NCBI GenBank assembly: GCA_965209035.1
Contig: OZ242372.1
Location: 704,001-768,000, forward strand
Reading direction: 5' to 3'
DNA: 64,000 nt
DNA from: Gammaproteobacteria bacterium
Lineage (GTDB): Bacteria; Pseudomonadota; Gammaproteobacteria; CBDBNL01; JAAOII01
The translations under genes were made by a program, and so were the position numbers. Each line of letters begins with the position of its first letter. The first letter of the stretch is position 1. The notes beneath the pieces were generated by a model, which made no database searches, was not told the DNA's origin, and was given only the letters and a program-made list of their open reading frames with translations. This document shows, one piece after another, positions 11,010-20,561 of the stretch.

Positions 11010-12116
11010 CTATACTTTTTGTGCTAGTTGGTTTTCAAGAAACAAAAATTTCTGCTCTTCCCACTTTTGCAAGGCAGTGTACAGAAAAACCAAAAATACA
11101 CTCAATGACAGAGCGATCAAGGTGGTATCAAATGCAATACTTAAAGGTTCCATTGCCCGGTTAATTCCTTCTCCCACATTAACACTTGTTGTGCCAACAA
11201 TGTTTCCTATTTCACCGGCCGCCAACGAAATTCCAAGAACTGTGCCAATAAACCCCAAAATGGGAATCGCCCAATTAATGTAACGCGGCACAAAGTAAAA
11301 GTTTTCGTTGATCTGCCAAACTGTTTCCAAAAAATCTCCGGACACAGACTTGGCAAGTTTGTCTTTTTTCCTGTTGTCCGAATACTCCCGCCATAATGAG
11401 GATATGGCAGAATCGGCCGAGGCAACCCTTAGATGACGAAAACTTAAATAATATTTACCCGCCAAAAGAACCAATTCCCAGTAAAAGAGTGTCAAACACA
11501 AGGGAGGAATGAGACCGCGTTGCAAGAATTTTTCTCTTAAGAAAACAAGCCCGCCGTCGCCAAACAAGTAAAACAAAACCATCGTCAAAGAGGTTAATAT
11601 TGCGGCAACACAAAAACTGACATACAAAGAAGGTCCGCCAAGCAAGCCGTGCAGCCGCTGTTGCAATGAAATTGTTGGCATCATCTCCGAATAAAGAAAA
11701 CGGAGCAAAATTCCGACACAACCGAGGCCCAAAAGGAAAAACAACATCACAGTATGTCCGGCAATATCCGGCGGTTTTTCTCGAAGCAAACCATCCCACA
11801 AAAAGTAACTGCTTAGCAACACCGTAATTAACAACACGATTGCATTAACGGCAATCGCCACACGCATCGCCATCCGAATACCCGCACCTTGTGTGTCTTT
11901 GACATAGATAAACCGAACCGCATAAAGCAAAACATCCGCCAACAACCCGATCACCAATCCGACAACAAGTGTCAATCCCATCAAAGAGGTGAGTGCGCTC
12001 AAAGAAACGGGTAAAAATAACAGGTTGAGCCACCAAACAATTCTGCCAAACTTGCCGGCAAGTTTATTTTTTTTATTTTGGCCCTTTTTGCCAAGGTCTG
12101 CCGTTCTCTTTTTCAT
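11010..12116 (-). CDS. MotA/TolQ/ExbB proton channel family protein with extra N-terminal TM helices
   Basis: WAIPILGFIGTVLGI and LSIAFDTTLIAL channel-helix motifs at the C-terminus; about 6 extra hydrophobic segments upstream. Confidence 0.85.
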   Translation of the reverse strand: MKKRTADLGKKGQNKKNKLAGKFGRIVWWLNLLFLPVSLSALTSLMGLTLVVGLVIGLLADVLLYAVRFIYVKDTQGAGIRMAMRVAIAVNAIVLLITVLLSSYFLWDGLLREKPPDIAGHTVMLFFLLGLGCVGILLRFLYSEMMPTISLQQRLHGLLGGPSLYVSFCVAAILTSLTMVLFYLFGDGGLVFLREKFLQRGLIPPLCLTLFYWELVLLAGKYYLSFRHLRVASADSAISSLWREYSDNRKKDKLAKSVSGDFLETVWQINENFYFVPRYINWAIPILGFIGTVLGISLAAGEIGNIVGTTSVNVGEGINRAMEPLSIAFDTTLIALSLSVFLVFLYTALQKWEEQKFLFLENQLAQKV

Positions 12117-12679
12117 TTTTTATTTGTTCGTTGTTTTTTATCTTGCCCATCCCGGTTATCTTTTATCTCCTTGTAAAACGAGCCGTCGTGCGGCTTGTTT
12201 TCAACGGATCCTTCCTCTTTGTTCTGTGTCCCGTTACCCGCGGAGTTGCCCACTGACGTACCCGATGCGTGTGCATCGTCTCTTTTTGTATGCTTCCCGG
12301 GTGGCTTTCCTTTTGTATGGTGAAAGCGACCACTCATGGATACGCCGTGGCGCATGTCTATATCCCGGTAATAAATATCGCCGCGCACACTTGCCCCGGG
12401 CATCAAACTGATCACGCCTTTGGAGTAGATACTGCCGGTTACTTTTCCAAAAATAATGACTCTGTCCGCACGAATATCACCAATGATTTGGGCATTTTTA
12501 CCAAGTATTAACTTGTTTTTCCCTTCTTCTTCGGCAACCAAATCGCCGCGCACGGAACCGTCAAAATAGAAACTACCGCTAAATAACAGGTCCCCGCGAA
12601 TCTTAACAACCGCATTAACATAGGTATCCGATCCCTTAACATCTATACCCGATTCCGGTCTGTTTTTCCCAAACATCAA
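12113..12679 (-). CDS. Bactofilin (polymer-forming cytoskeletal protein, CcmA-like) with charged C-terminal tail
   Basis: Beta-helix pattern IRGDLLFSG..FDG.VRGDL, LILGKNAQIIGDI, IIFGKVTG.I, VRGDI.Y. Confidence 0.9.
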   Translation of the reverse strand: MMFGKNRPESGIDVKGSDTYVNAVVKIRGDLLFSGSFYFDGSVRGDLVAEEEGKNKLILGKNAQIIGDIRADRVIIFGKVTGSIYSKGVISLMPGASVRGDIYYRDIDMRHGVSMSGRFHHTKGKPPGKHTKRDDAHASGTSVGNSAGNGTQNKEEGSVENKPHDGSFYKEIKDNRDGQDKKQRTNKK

Positions 12680-12692
12680 AGAAAGATCCGAA

Positions 12693-13052
12693 TTACCCGC
12701 CGGTGTTTATAAAAGTATTTGCATTCACGCTGGATGACACTTCCAAGGACAAACTTTCACTTTTAATCTCACCTGTGATGCGACCTCCTGCCAGTACACT
12801 GCAACTTTGGGCAATAACTCCGCCCTCCACAAGACCCTTGACATAAACATTGACCGCATGGATTTTCCCTTTAACAGAACCATTTTTCCCTATGGACACA
12901 TCATCGGTACTTACAAGACTTCCTTCCAAATGACCATCCAAATGCAGAGTCCCTGCCAAATTGATGTCGCCGGTCAAAGTAGTCCCTGAAGTGATAACCG
13001 TAGTCCCTCTTTGTCCTGTTGTTGTAATATTGCCGCTATTATCGGTTCCCAC
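12693..13052 (-). CDS. Bactofilin (CcmA-like)
   Basis: TTVITSGTTLTGDI, LHLDGHLEG, IGKNGSVKGKI, VKGLVEG. Confidence 0.9.
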   Translation of the reverse strand: MGTDNSGNITTTGQRGTTVITSGTTLTGDINLAGTLHLDGHLEGSLVSTDDVSIGKNGSVKGKIHAVNVYVKGLVEGGVIAQSCSVLAGGRITGEIKSESLSLEVSSSVNANTFINTGG

Positions 13053-13954
13053 TTAACTGATTTTATGGTTAAAAAAATCTTATTATAATTTACAAGATTC
13101 CAATTATAAAACAAATACGGATTAATTGGCTTGTCCAGATAGCGGACCTCATAATGCACATGCGGACCGGTTGATATCCCGGTGTTGCCACCCAAAGCAA
13201 TTTGTTCTCCCTTTTGCACCACATCTCCTTTGCTCACCAAGTATTCATCCAAATGTCCGTATACGGTGGAAAATCCGTATGCGTGTTCCAATATCACAAC
13301 CTTGCCATAACCTCCTTTATAGCCGGTAAAAGTTACAGTGCCGGGAGAGGTTGCCACCACACTGTCTCTCATTCGTATGGGAAGATCTATGCCGTGGTGA
13401 AACTGACGGTAATTACGCAAGGGATGAATGCGGACACCATAACTGCTACTAATGTAAGTATCTTTTGCCAAAGGAGTACCGCTGGGAAGAGCATATAGCA
13501 CGCGGGCACGACGATGAATCTCATTATCTAACACACCAAATACCTCTTTATATTCATACGATGACGCGGAATTAAAACCTACAAATTGCGGCGATGCAAA
13601 AATATCGTTCGTTTTTTTCTGCTCCAATACATTCGCAAGAACATTCAATCTTGTCATAATAGCGGATTGAATATTTTCGTTGTGTAACAGTTCTTCCGAC
13701 AGCGTATTGCTGTATACCCGCTGATTATTATATTTGGTTGTCATGCTCTTATATTTAATGTGCATGTCAGCATACTGTCTTTGAATATAATCCTTTTGTT
13801 CTTGCAAGTAATCCACCAAAAATGTGCCTCCAATCAAGCCGACCATCATAGAAAATAACAGGCCCACACCGAGAAATACAACGAACCGATGCGTCCGGAT
13901 CACCCGAGTTCCGTGAATACTACTGATTGTAATTGTTGATCTTTTATGAAGCAT
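12974..13954 (-). CDS. M23 family metallopeptidase, Csd1-like
   Basis: HHGID, YGHL, TGPHVHYEVR zinc motifs; N-terminal TM and coiled coil; C-terminus overlaps the bactofilin start. Confidence 0.9.
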   Translation of the reverse strand: MLHKRSTITISSIHGTRVIRTHRFVVFLGVGLLFSMMVGLIGGTFLVDYLQEQKDYIQRQYADMHIKYKSMTTKYNNQRVYSNTLSEELLHNENIQSAIMTRLNVLANVLEQKKTNDIFASPQFVGFNSASSYEYKEVFGVLDNEIHRRARVLYALPSGTPLAKDTYISSSYGVRIHPLRNYRQFHHGIDLPIRMRDSVVATSPGTVTFTGYKGGYGKVVILEHAYGFSTVYGHLDEYLVSKGDVVQKGEQIALGGNTGISTGPHVHYEVRYLDKPINPYLFYNWNLVNYNKIFLTIKSVKWEPIIAAILQQQDKEGLRLSLQGLL

Positions 13955-14061
13955 TCTATTTATATCATTATCCGGTAGTTACCTTTATCTATAGCATAAG
14001 TCATTCATTCCATATATACTATCAATATTATACATCTTACAGGCAAAAACTATGCATACCT

Positions 14062-14127
14062 TGTATGATCCCACCCATTTCCGGACTTTTTTTGTTTTTG
14101 TAAAAATTGGATCGGCGAGAGTTGTTG
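14062..14127 (-). mobile_element. IS481-like right-end fragment (copy 1, left edge of adhesin island)
   Basis: TGTATGATCCCACCCATTTCCGGAC...GGATCGGCGAGAGTTGTT is the reverse complement of about 34983-35047. Confidence 0.65.
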
Positions 14128-14345
14128 AGGGAAAAACGCGTATCAGCCGGCATAAAAGACCCGGGTGCTTGCCAATAGATTTCGAATAACAGATGAAAGG
14201 CAGAGACTAAGAATAAGTTAGAAGTTGGAAGTTGAACGAGCAGTCGTCTTATTTGTCGTGCTCTGTCCTGCCTCGTCCTGTCCCGCCCCGATCTGCCGGT
14301 CCGTTCCGGGGCTTCCCTCTTGCCGAACTCTCTTGCCGGCCTCTC
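14128..14345. repeat. Conserved 3' trailer of adhesin paralogs (copy 1; others at about 16428-16661, 20345-20561, 29853-30057)
   Basis: Near-identical block of about 200 bp (GTATCAGCCGGCATAAAAGACCCGGGTG...GAGCAGTCGTCTTATTTGTCGTGCTCTG...) after each paralog stop. Confidence 0.85.
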
Positions 14346-16274
14346 TTACCGGCCTTGTGTCGAGAGGCCGCCCGGCAGGCAATTCAGGGCCGGGTATTGG
14401 CTGCTCGTGCCGAGATCCCAGACGCGGATGAAGGAGGCACCTGGCCCGTCATCGGTGGCATCTTCCATTTCCTCGCCGGTGTCCGGATCACACCAGAAGC
14501 TGCCCCAGACCTCATAGATGCTCCCGGCAAACTCGGTCGGCGATTGCAAGGCTGTCGTGCTATGACCATCGCCCAAATTACCGGCACTCATAGACTGCAT
14601 GGTGGTTTGATTGTCCCAGTAGGAAGCAATGACATCGGTGTCACTATTGTTGCTGCCGATCAATCCGCCGACATCACTGAGACCTGAAACAAGCCCGGGG
14701 GCGGCATAAGAATAATTAATTTGAGCTCCTGCCCCCGTCCCAACTAGGCCGCCAACACGCGGTCCGGTTGTTCCCTTAACACTTCCGCCGGACACATAAA
14801 CATGGCGAATATTCGCGCTATCCCCTTCCCCTATCAGGCCGCCAACAGCATTACTCCCGGCAACATTCACACCGGACACGGGCGCATAGCGAATATCCGC
14901 ATCCTGACCAAACCCAACCAGGCCGCCAACAGCATTACTCCCGGCAACATTCACACCGGACACGGGCGCATAGCGAATATCCGCATCCTGACCAAACCCA
15001 ACCAGGCCGCCAACATTGCTCCTCCCGGAAATATTCACACCGAACACGGACGCATAGCGAATATCCGCATTAAACCCCTGCCCAACCAGGCCGCCAACAT
15101 TATTAATCCCGGAAATATTCACACCGGACACGGACGCATAGCGAATATCCGCATTCTCGCCCTTCCCAACCAGGCCGCCAGCAAAAGAATCCGCCCCGGA
15201 AACAACTCCGCCGGATACGACGGCATAGCGAATATCCGCATCCTCGCCATTCCCAACTAGGCCGCCAACATTACTACTCCCGAAAACATTCACACCGGAT
15301 ACGGACGCATTGCGAATATCCGCATTCCTACCATACCCAACCAGGCCGCCAACATTAGTGGCACCGCTACTGACATTTGCATTCCGGAGATGCAGATTTT
15401 GGATATCGCCGGTTAAGGCACCAAACAACCCCACTCCATTGGCAGTATTGTTCGCAGAGATGAACAGATCTGCAATACGATAACCCCCGCCGTCAAAGAT
15501 TCCGGTATAAGACGTGCAAACAGTCGATGATGAACAAGAGCCGATCGGCTGCCAACCGCTGCCGGTCGTCCAGACAGACCGGTTGCCACTGCCCGCGGCA
15601 TAGGAATCCGCATCGCTAAAATTCAACGAGCGAGTTAATTCGTAGCCATTACAGCCGGAACTCGGGCAACCCACAGAACCCATAGCGGTAATATTGGGAA
15701 ACATCCCATCATCCGTTCCATTGCCATTGAGATTATCGCGCAGCCGTGCCAAGTCATCCAAAGTGCTGATTTCTATGAGGCTGTTATTATTGTCGTCCAC
15801 ATCTGTCTCATCCAAGATCTCGTCATTGTCATCGTCCGGGTCCTCCCTCAGGGTTGTTTGACATCCGGTAACCAAACTATCCGGCAGCTCATCGCTATCC
15901 GTGTCCACACTCGCACAGGCATCTGTCCGGAACGCATCGTTCGTATCCGCCACGCCATCATTGTCATCGTCCAAATCCTCGCCCGCATCGCGACAGCCGT
16001 CACGGTCATTGTCCGTAGATGCATTGGAAGTCCAGTCGGTATCGCCGCTCGGACAGGCGTCCGCAGTATCCGCAATGCCGTCCCCATCCAAGTCTGTGTT
16101 CGTTCCCCCGCCGGAACCGCCGCCACCGGAACCGCCACCGCCACAGGCGGCGAGTAGGACAACCGATAGAGTGATTGTCAATAATAAAATGATGCCGCTG
16201 CGTGCCGTTTGCCCGGCCGCGGCAATACATGCAATGCAGTTGCTACTGATAGTTTGTATATTAAATATGTTCAT
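14346..16274 (-). CDS. Lipoprotein adhesin-like paralog 1 (TSP3-like Asp-rich repeat plus GLUG repeats)
   Basis: Lipobox VLLAAC then Gly linker, DLDGDGIAD..DACP motifs, VGGLVG repeats, shared C-terminus VWDLGTSSQYPALNCLPGGLS. Confidence 0.85.
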   Translation of the reverse strand: MNIFNIQTISSNCIACIAAAGQTARSGIILLLTITLSVVLLAACGGGGSGGGGSGGGTNTDLDGDGIADTADACPSGDTDWTSNASTDNDRDGCRDAGEDLDDDNDGVADTNDAFRTDACASVDTDSDELPDSLVTGCQTTLREDPDDDNDEILDETDVDDNNNSLIEISTLDDLARLRDNLNGNGTDDGMFPNITAMGSVGCPSSGCNGYELTRSLNFSDADSYAAGSGNRSVWTTGSGWQPIGSCSSSTVCTSYTGIFDGGGYRIADLFISANNTANGVGLFGALTGDIQNLHLRNANVSSGATNVGGLVGYGRNADIRNASVSGVNVFGSSNVGGLVGNGEDADIRYAVVSGGVVSGADSFAGGLVGKGENADIRYASVSGVNISGINNVGGLVGQGFNADIRYASVFGVNISGRSNVGGLVGFGQDADIRYAPVSGVNVAGSNAVGGLVGFGQDADIRYAPVSGVNVAGSNAVGGLIGEGDSANIRHVYVSGGSVKGTTGPRVGGLVGTGAGAQINYSYAAPGLVSGLSDVGGLIGSNNSDTDVIASYWDNQTTMQSMSAGNLGDGHSTTALQSPTEFAGSIYEVWGSFWCDPDTGEEMEDATDDGPGASFIRVWDLGTSSQYPALNCLPGGLSTQGR

Positions 16275-16362
16275 AATTTATTTTTGTAATTGTGAATTAA
16301 TAAAGTTCCCTAAATAAGGAATAGTAATAATATACCATATTTCGCCGGATCTTCCTTTGAAT

Positions 16363-16427
16363 TGTATGATCCCACCCATTTCCGGACTTTTGTTGTTTTT
16401 GCAAAAACCGGATCGGCGAGAGTTGTT
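16363..16427 (-). mobile_element. IS481-like right-end fragment (copy 2)
   Basis: Same TGTATGATCCCACCCATTTCCGGAC block as at 14062. Confidence 0.65.
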
Positions 16428-16661
16428 GAGGGAAAACGCGTATCAGCCGGCATAAAAGACCCGGGTGTTTGCCAATAGATTTCGAATAACAGATGAGAGG
16501 CAGAGGCTAAGAAGTGGGAAGTTGAACGAGCAGTCGTCTTATTTGTCGTGCTCTGCCTTGCCTCGCCCTGTCCCGCCCCGATCTGCCGGTCCGTTCCGGG
16601 GCTTCCCTCTTGCCGGCCTCTCTTGCCGGACTCTCTTGCCGGACTCTCTTGCCGGCCCCTC

Positions 16662-19259
16662 TTACCGGTCTTGTGCCGAGAGGCCGCCCGGCAGGCAATT
16701 CAGAGCCGGGTATTGGCTGCTCGTGCCGAGATCCCAGACGCGGATGAAGGGGGCGGGCAACTCGGTGGTGCTTTCCGCACCAGTGTTCGGGTTGCACCAA
16801 GCATTGCCCCAGTCGGCATAAATATTGTCCATCCCCGTGAAGTCGGTCGGCGATTGTAATTCCAGCGTGGTCTTACCTCCACCGGGATGACCGGCATCGA
16901 TTGGCTGTTCGGTGGTTACAGTATCCCAGTAGGAAGCAGTGACGACGGTGTCACTATTGTTGCCGATCAATCCACCGACAGCATTCTCACCTGAAACAAG
17001 CCCGGGGGCGGCATAAGAATAATTAATTTGAGCTTCTTCCCCATTCCCAACCAGGCCGCCGGCAACACCCCCGGAAACACTTCCGCCGAGCACATAGGCA
17101 TAGCGAATATCCGCATCCTCACCATACCCAACCAGGCCGCCAACAGCAACACTCACCCCGGAAACATTCACACCGGACACGGACGCATAGCCAATACCCG
17201 CATTCTCACCATCCCCAATCAGGCCGCCAACAGAAATACCTCCGAAAACACTTCCGCCGGACACGGACGCATAGCGAATATCCGCATCCTCACCATCCCC
17301 AACCAGGCCGCCAACAGAAAAAGGCCCGGAAACATCCACACCGGACACGGACGCATAGCCAATATCCGCATTAAGCCCCTGCCCAACCAGGCCGCCAGCA
17401 GCAGTATTCCCGATAACATTTCCGCCGGACACGGACGCATTGCGAATATCCGCATTCTCACCATTCCCAACCAGGCCACCGGCAACCCTTCCGATAACAC
17501 TTCCACCGGACACGGACGCATTGCGAATATCCGCATTCCCACCATTCCCAACCAGGCCACCGGCAACACTCCCGAAAACATCCACACCGGACACGGACGC
17601 ATTGCGAATATTCGCATTCCTACCATCCCCAACCAGGCCACCGGCAACCTTCCCGGCAACACTTCCGCCGGACACGGGCGCATTGCGAATATCCGCATTC
17701 CTACCATACCCAACCAGGCCGCCAGCAACAGTGGTGGCACCGCCACTGACATTTGCATTCAAGAGATGCAAATTTTGGATACCGCCGGTTAAGGCACCAA
17801 ACAACCCCACTCCATAGGCAGTATTGCTCGCAGAGATGAACAGATCTGCAATACGATAACCGCCGCCGTCAAAGATTCCGGTATAAGAGGTGCAATCATT
17901 CACAGCGGAACAAGAGCCGATCGGCTGCCAACCGCTGCCGGTCGTCCAGACAGTCGGGTTGCCACTGCCCGCGGCATAGGAATCCGCATCACCAAAATTC
18001 AACGAGCGAGTCAGCTCATAACCCACACAGCCGCCGTCATCGTCATCCGGGCAGCCCATAGAACCCACAGAGGTGATCTCGGGGATACGGTCATCATCCG
18101 CCCCATCGCCGTTCAGATCATCGCGCAGCCGTGCCAAGTCATCCAAAGTGTGGATCTCGATCAAGCCATTATTATTGTCATCCACATCCTCTGTCAAGGT
18201 AGTATTCACACCGGTCGTGCAACCGGCAGCGAGTTTGTCCGGTGCTCCGTCTCCATCCGTGTCGATGCTCGCACAGGCATCCGTCACAAACGCATCGTCC
18301 GGATCCGCCACGCCATCATTGTCATCGTCCGAATCTTCATCTGTGTCGCGACAGCCGTCACCGTCATGGTCCGCGGACGCATTGGAAGTCCAGCCAGTAA
18401 CACCGGTCGGACAAGTATCGGCCGTATCCGCCACGCCATCATTGTCATCGTCCGAATCTTCATCTGTGTCGCGACAGCCGTCACCGTCATGATCCGCGGA
18501 CGCATTGGAAGTCCAGCCGGTAACACCGATCGGACAAGTATCGGCCGTATCCGCCACGCCATCATTGTCATCGTCATCATCACAGGCATCACCGCCGTCA
18601 TCCGCATTGTCCGTGTTGGCTTGGTCCGCATTGGCAACCAACGGACAATTATCGTTATCATCATCCTCACCGTCACCGTCAATATCTGTGCCTACACCCG
18701 CTCCCGTTGTGCTTGACACAGGAGGTGAGGTCACGATAATGCCGTTCTTATAACGCACCGCAACTGTGATGCTGTAGGTGATGTTATTGGTTAAATCCGT
18801 AATATTGTAGCTGACCCAAGCACGCGGCGAAACATCCGCCACGGTAGAACTAAATTCTTTTGTTGTGCCACCATCGCTCGCATCGTCACGGCGTGTGGTA
18901 ATAACGAACCCGTCGATATTATCCAAGGCCGGATTAGTCCAATCCACGAGAATATAATCCTCACCGGCCAGAGCCTGCATATTGAAAACAGCCAGGAAAT
19001 TCTGAGAAGCAGGATCGCCGCCGCCACCGATGCCATCGCTGCCGCCACAACCTGTCAGGACCAAACCGAACATACCCGCCAGCAGTACACCGTAAAAACG
19101 AGCCAGTATGCACATCCGTCGTGCCCTATTGGGTTCGGGAAAAGCCTTAAAGGCATTAAAAGCATTAAAAATATTAAGGAGACGCACAGATACCGTGCCT
19201 CTTTGTTCGCGGCGCATTGCTTTCGCCGACCGCACAGGAAAAAAGTGTAACTGATTCAT
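16662..19259 (-). CDS. Lipoprotein adhesin-like paralog 2 (FN3, TSP3-like repeats, GLUG repeats)
   Basis: Lipobox LVLTGC; FN3-like ILVDWTNP...YNITDLTNNITYSITV; DNCPLVANADQANTD TSP3 motif; two 41-aa repeats; GLUG tract. Confidence 0.88.
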   Translation of the reverse strand: MNQLHFFPVRSAKAMRREQRGTVSVRLLNIFNAFNAFKAFPEPNRARRMCILARFYGVLLAGMFGLVLTGCGGSDGIGGGGDPASQNFLAVFNMQALAGEDYILVDWTNPALDNIDGFVITTRRDDASDGGTTKEFSSTVADVSPRAWVSYNITDLTNNITYSITVAVRYKNGIIVTSPPVSSTTGAGVGTDIDGDGEDDDNDNCPLVANADQANTDNADDGGDACDDDDDNDGVADTADTCPIGVTGWTSNASADHDGDGCRDTDEDSDDDNDGVADTADTCPTGVTGWTSNASADHDGDGCRDTDEDSDDDNDGVADPDDAFVTDACASIDTDGDGAPDKLAAGCTTGVNTTLTEDVDDNNNGLIEIHTLDDLARLRDDLNGDGADDDRIPEITSVGSMGCPDDDDGGCVGYELTRSLNFGDADSYAAGSGNPTVWTTGSGWQPIGSCSAVNDCTSYTGIFDGGGYRIADLFISASNTAYGVGLFGALTGGIQNLHLLNANVSGGATTVAGGLVGYGRNADIRNAPVSGGSVAGKVAGGLVGDGRNANIRNASVSGVDVFGSVAGGLVGNGGNADIRNASVSGGSVIGRVAGGLVGNGENADIRNASVSGGNVIGNTAAGGLVGQGLNADIGYASVSGVDVSGPFSVGGLVGDGEDADIRYASVSGGSVFGGISVGGLIGDGENAGIGYASVSGVNVSGVSVAVGGLVGYGEDADIRYAYVLGGSVSGGVAGGLVGNGEEAQINYSYAAPGLVSGENAVGGLIGNNSDTVVTASYWDTVTTEQPIDAGHPGGGKTTLELQSPTDFTGMDNIYADWGNAWCNPNTGAESTTELPAPFIRVWDLGTSSQYPALNCLPGGLSAQDR

Positions 19260-19436
19260 TATTTTCTATTGTTTATTATTGTTTTCTATTATGATTAATA
19301 TTAATATTTTTTTATAGTTCATATTTTTTGTGTGAAATGTTTCCTTGAATTTTACAAAATTCAAAGAAACATCTCACGATGCTGCACTAGTTACTTGAAT
19401 TTAAGCATTATTATAACTTTAATTTTCAAAATCATG

Positions 19437-19562
19437 TGTATTCCCGCCTATTTTCGGACTTTTTTTATTTTTGTAAAAACCGGATCGGCGAGAGTTGTTT
19501 GAGAGCATAATGGGGACGTTCGCGATGAGCTTGGCGTTGAATGCCGGCATATCCTTGTAAAA
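19437..19562 (-). mobile_element. IS481-like right-end fragment (copy 3, longer, internally deleted)
   Basis: Matches the reverse complement of 34900-35047, including GGCGTTGAATGCCGGCATATCCTT. Confidence 0.65.
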
Positions 19563-19567
19563 ACGAA

Positions 19568-19680
19568 CCGGTATGCACATCCGTCGTGCCCCTTTGTTCG
19601 CGCACCCACCGCACAGGAAAAAAGTGTAACTGATTCATTATTTTCTATTGTTTATTATTGTTTTCTGTCATTATTAATAT
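19568..19680 (-). pseudogene. Collapsed 5' relic of a fifth adhesin paralog
   Basis: CCGGTATGCACATCCGTCGTGCCC, CTTTGTTCGCG and CCGCACAGGAAAAAAGTGTAACTGATTCAT plus the upstream AT tract are pieces of the paralog 5' end joined by deletions. Confidence 0.75.
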
Positions 19681-19749
19681 TAATTTTTGAGAATTATATG
19701 CTTTGTGACCCATAAAAAAGTAAGTGTCATTATTATTCCATTAAATGAG

Positions 19750-19900
19750 AGTTGAGGAGTAAAATATGAGCATAAATACTGGTAAATACAAGAAAAAAGA
19801 GGGTTATTTTCTGTTCGAGACATTCAGAATGGAAGTTTTGGCAGATCCCCGGGCTGTTTGCAATGGATCTTGAGGCAAATGGCAAATTTTTTGAAGTGCA
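19750..19900 (+). mobile_element. Decayed 5' fragment of IS1016-like element
   Basis: GTAAAATATGAGCATAAAT..GTAAATACAAG..TTTTGGCAGAT..GGATCTTGAGGC aligns with the reverse complement of about 29340-29460; near-identical to 34705-34865. Confidence 0.7.
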
Positions 19901-19982
19901 TAGGTTGTCAAGTGTATAATTCCCCTTTTTTGAGACATCACTCAACCATTATTATAACTTTAATTTTCAAAATCATGCTGTA

Positions 19983-20056
19983 TGTATGATCCCACCCATT
20001 TCCGGACTTTTTTTGTTTTTGCAAAAACCGGATTGGCGAGAGTTGTTTGTGGGCAT
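19983..20056 (-). mobile_element. IS481-like right-end fragment (copy 4)
   Basis: TGTATGATCCCACCCATTTCCGGAC block; a further partial copy sits at 20304-20345. Confidence 0.65.
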
Positions 20057-20301
20057 CGCGGGGATCTGCTAAATGATATCAACGCATCCCTCTCATTTCA
20101 AATCCGCAGGGCAGCCGCACCCGCACCCGCACCCGTATAGCGCACTGTGTCGCAAGCGAGAGTGCCGCGACAGGTTTTGAACAACACGCCGCCGCTCGCA
20201 CCGCGGAGACCGGAGTAGTTGGCAGTCCGGCTTACACGCCTTATATTTTTATTCTTGCGGCACTTGAACCCGGCACCCTCCTGTTTGCGGGTTCCTTAAT
20301 A
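20056..20301. repeat. Duplicated non-coding element of about 245 bp with hairpins (second copy 29612-29851)
   Basis: The two copies are near-identical by direct comparison; internal inverted repeats TGTCGC/GCGACA, CCGGA/TCCGG, GAACCCG/CGGGTTC. Confidence 0.8.
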
Positions 20302-20561
20302 GACGGACTTATTTTTGCAAAAACCGGATCGGCGAGAGCTGTTGAGGGAAAAACGTGTATCAGCCGGCATAAAAGACCCGGGTGCCTGCCAATAGATTTC
20401 GAATAACAGAGATGAGAGGCAGAGGCTAAGAAGTTGGAAGTTGGAAGTTGAACGAGCAGTCGTCTTATTTGTCGTGCTCTGCCTTGCCTCGTCCTGTCCC
20501 ACCCCGAACTGCCGGTCCGTTCCGGAGCTTCCCGCTTGCCGGCCTCTCTTACCGGCCCCTC

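Noticed and set aside
8677-12116. Zorya (ZorAB) anti-phage system or flagellar stator
   Set aside because: The partners lack an OmpA-like domain, the channel has no long C-terminal ZorA tail, and no ZorC/D/E or flagellar genes are nearby.
14225-14687. Recurrent plus-strand ORFs (NEQSSYLSCS..., MEVERAVV...) at each paralog's 3' end
   Set aside because: They recur because the trailer DNA is duplicated; indels between copies shift frames and lengths.
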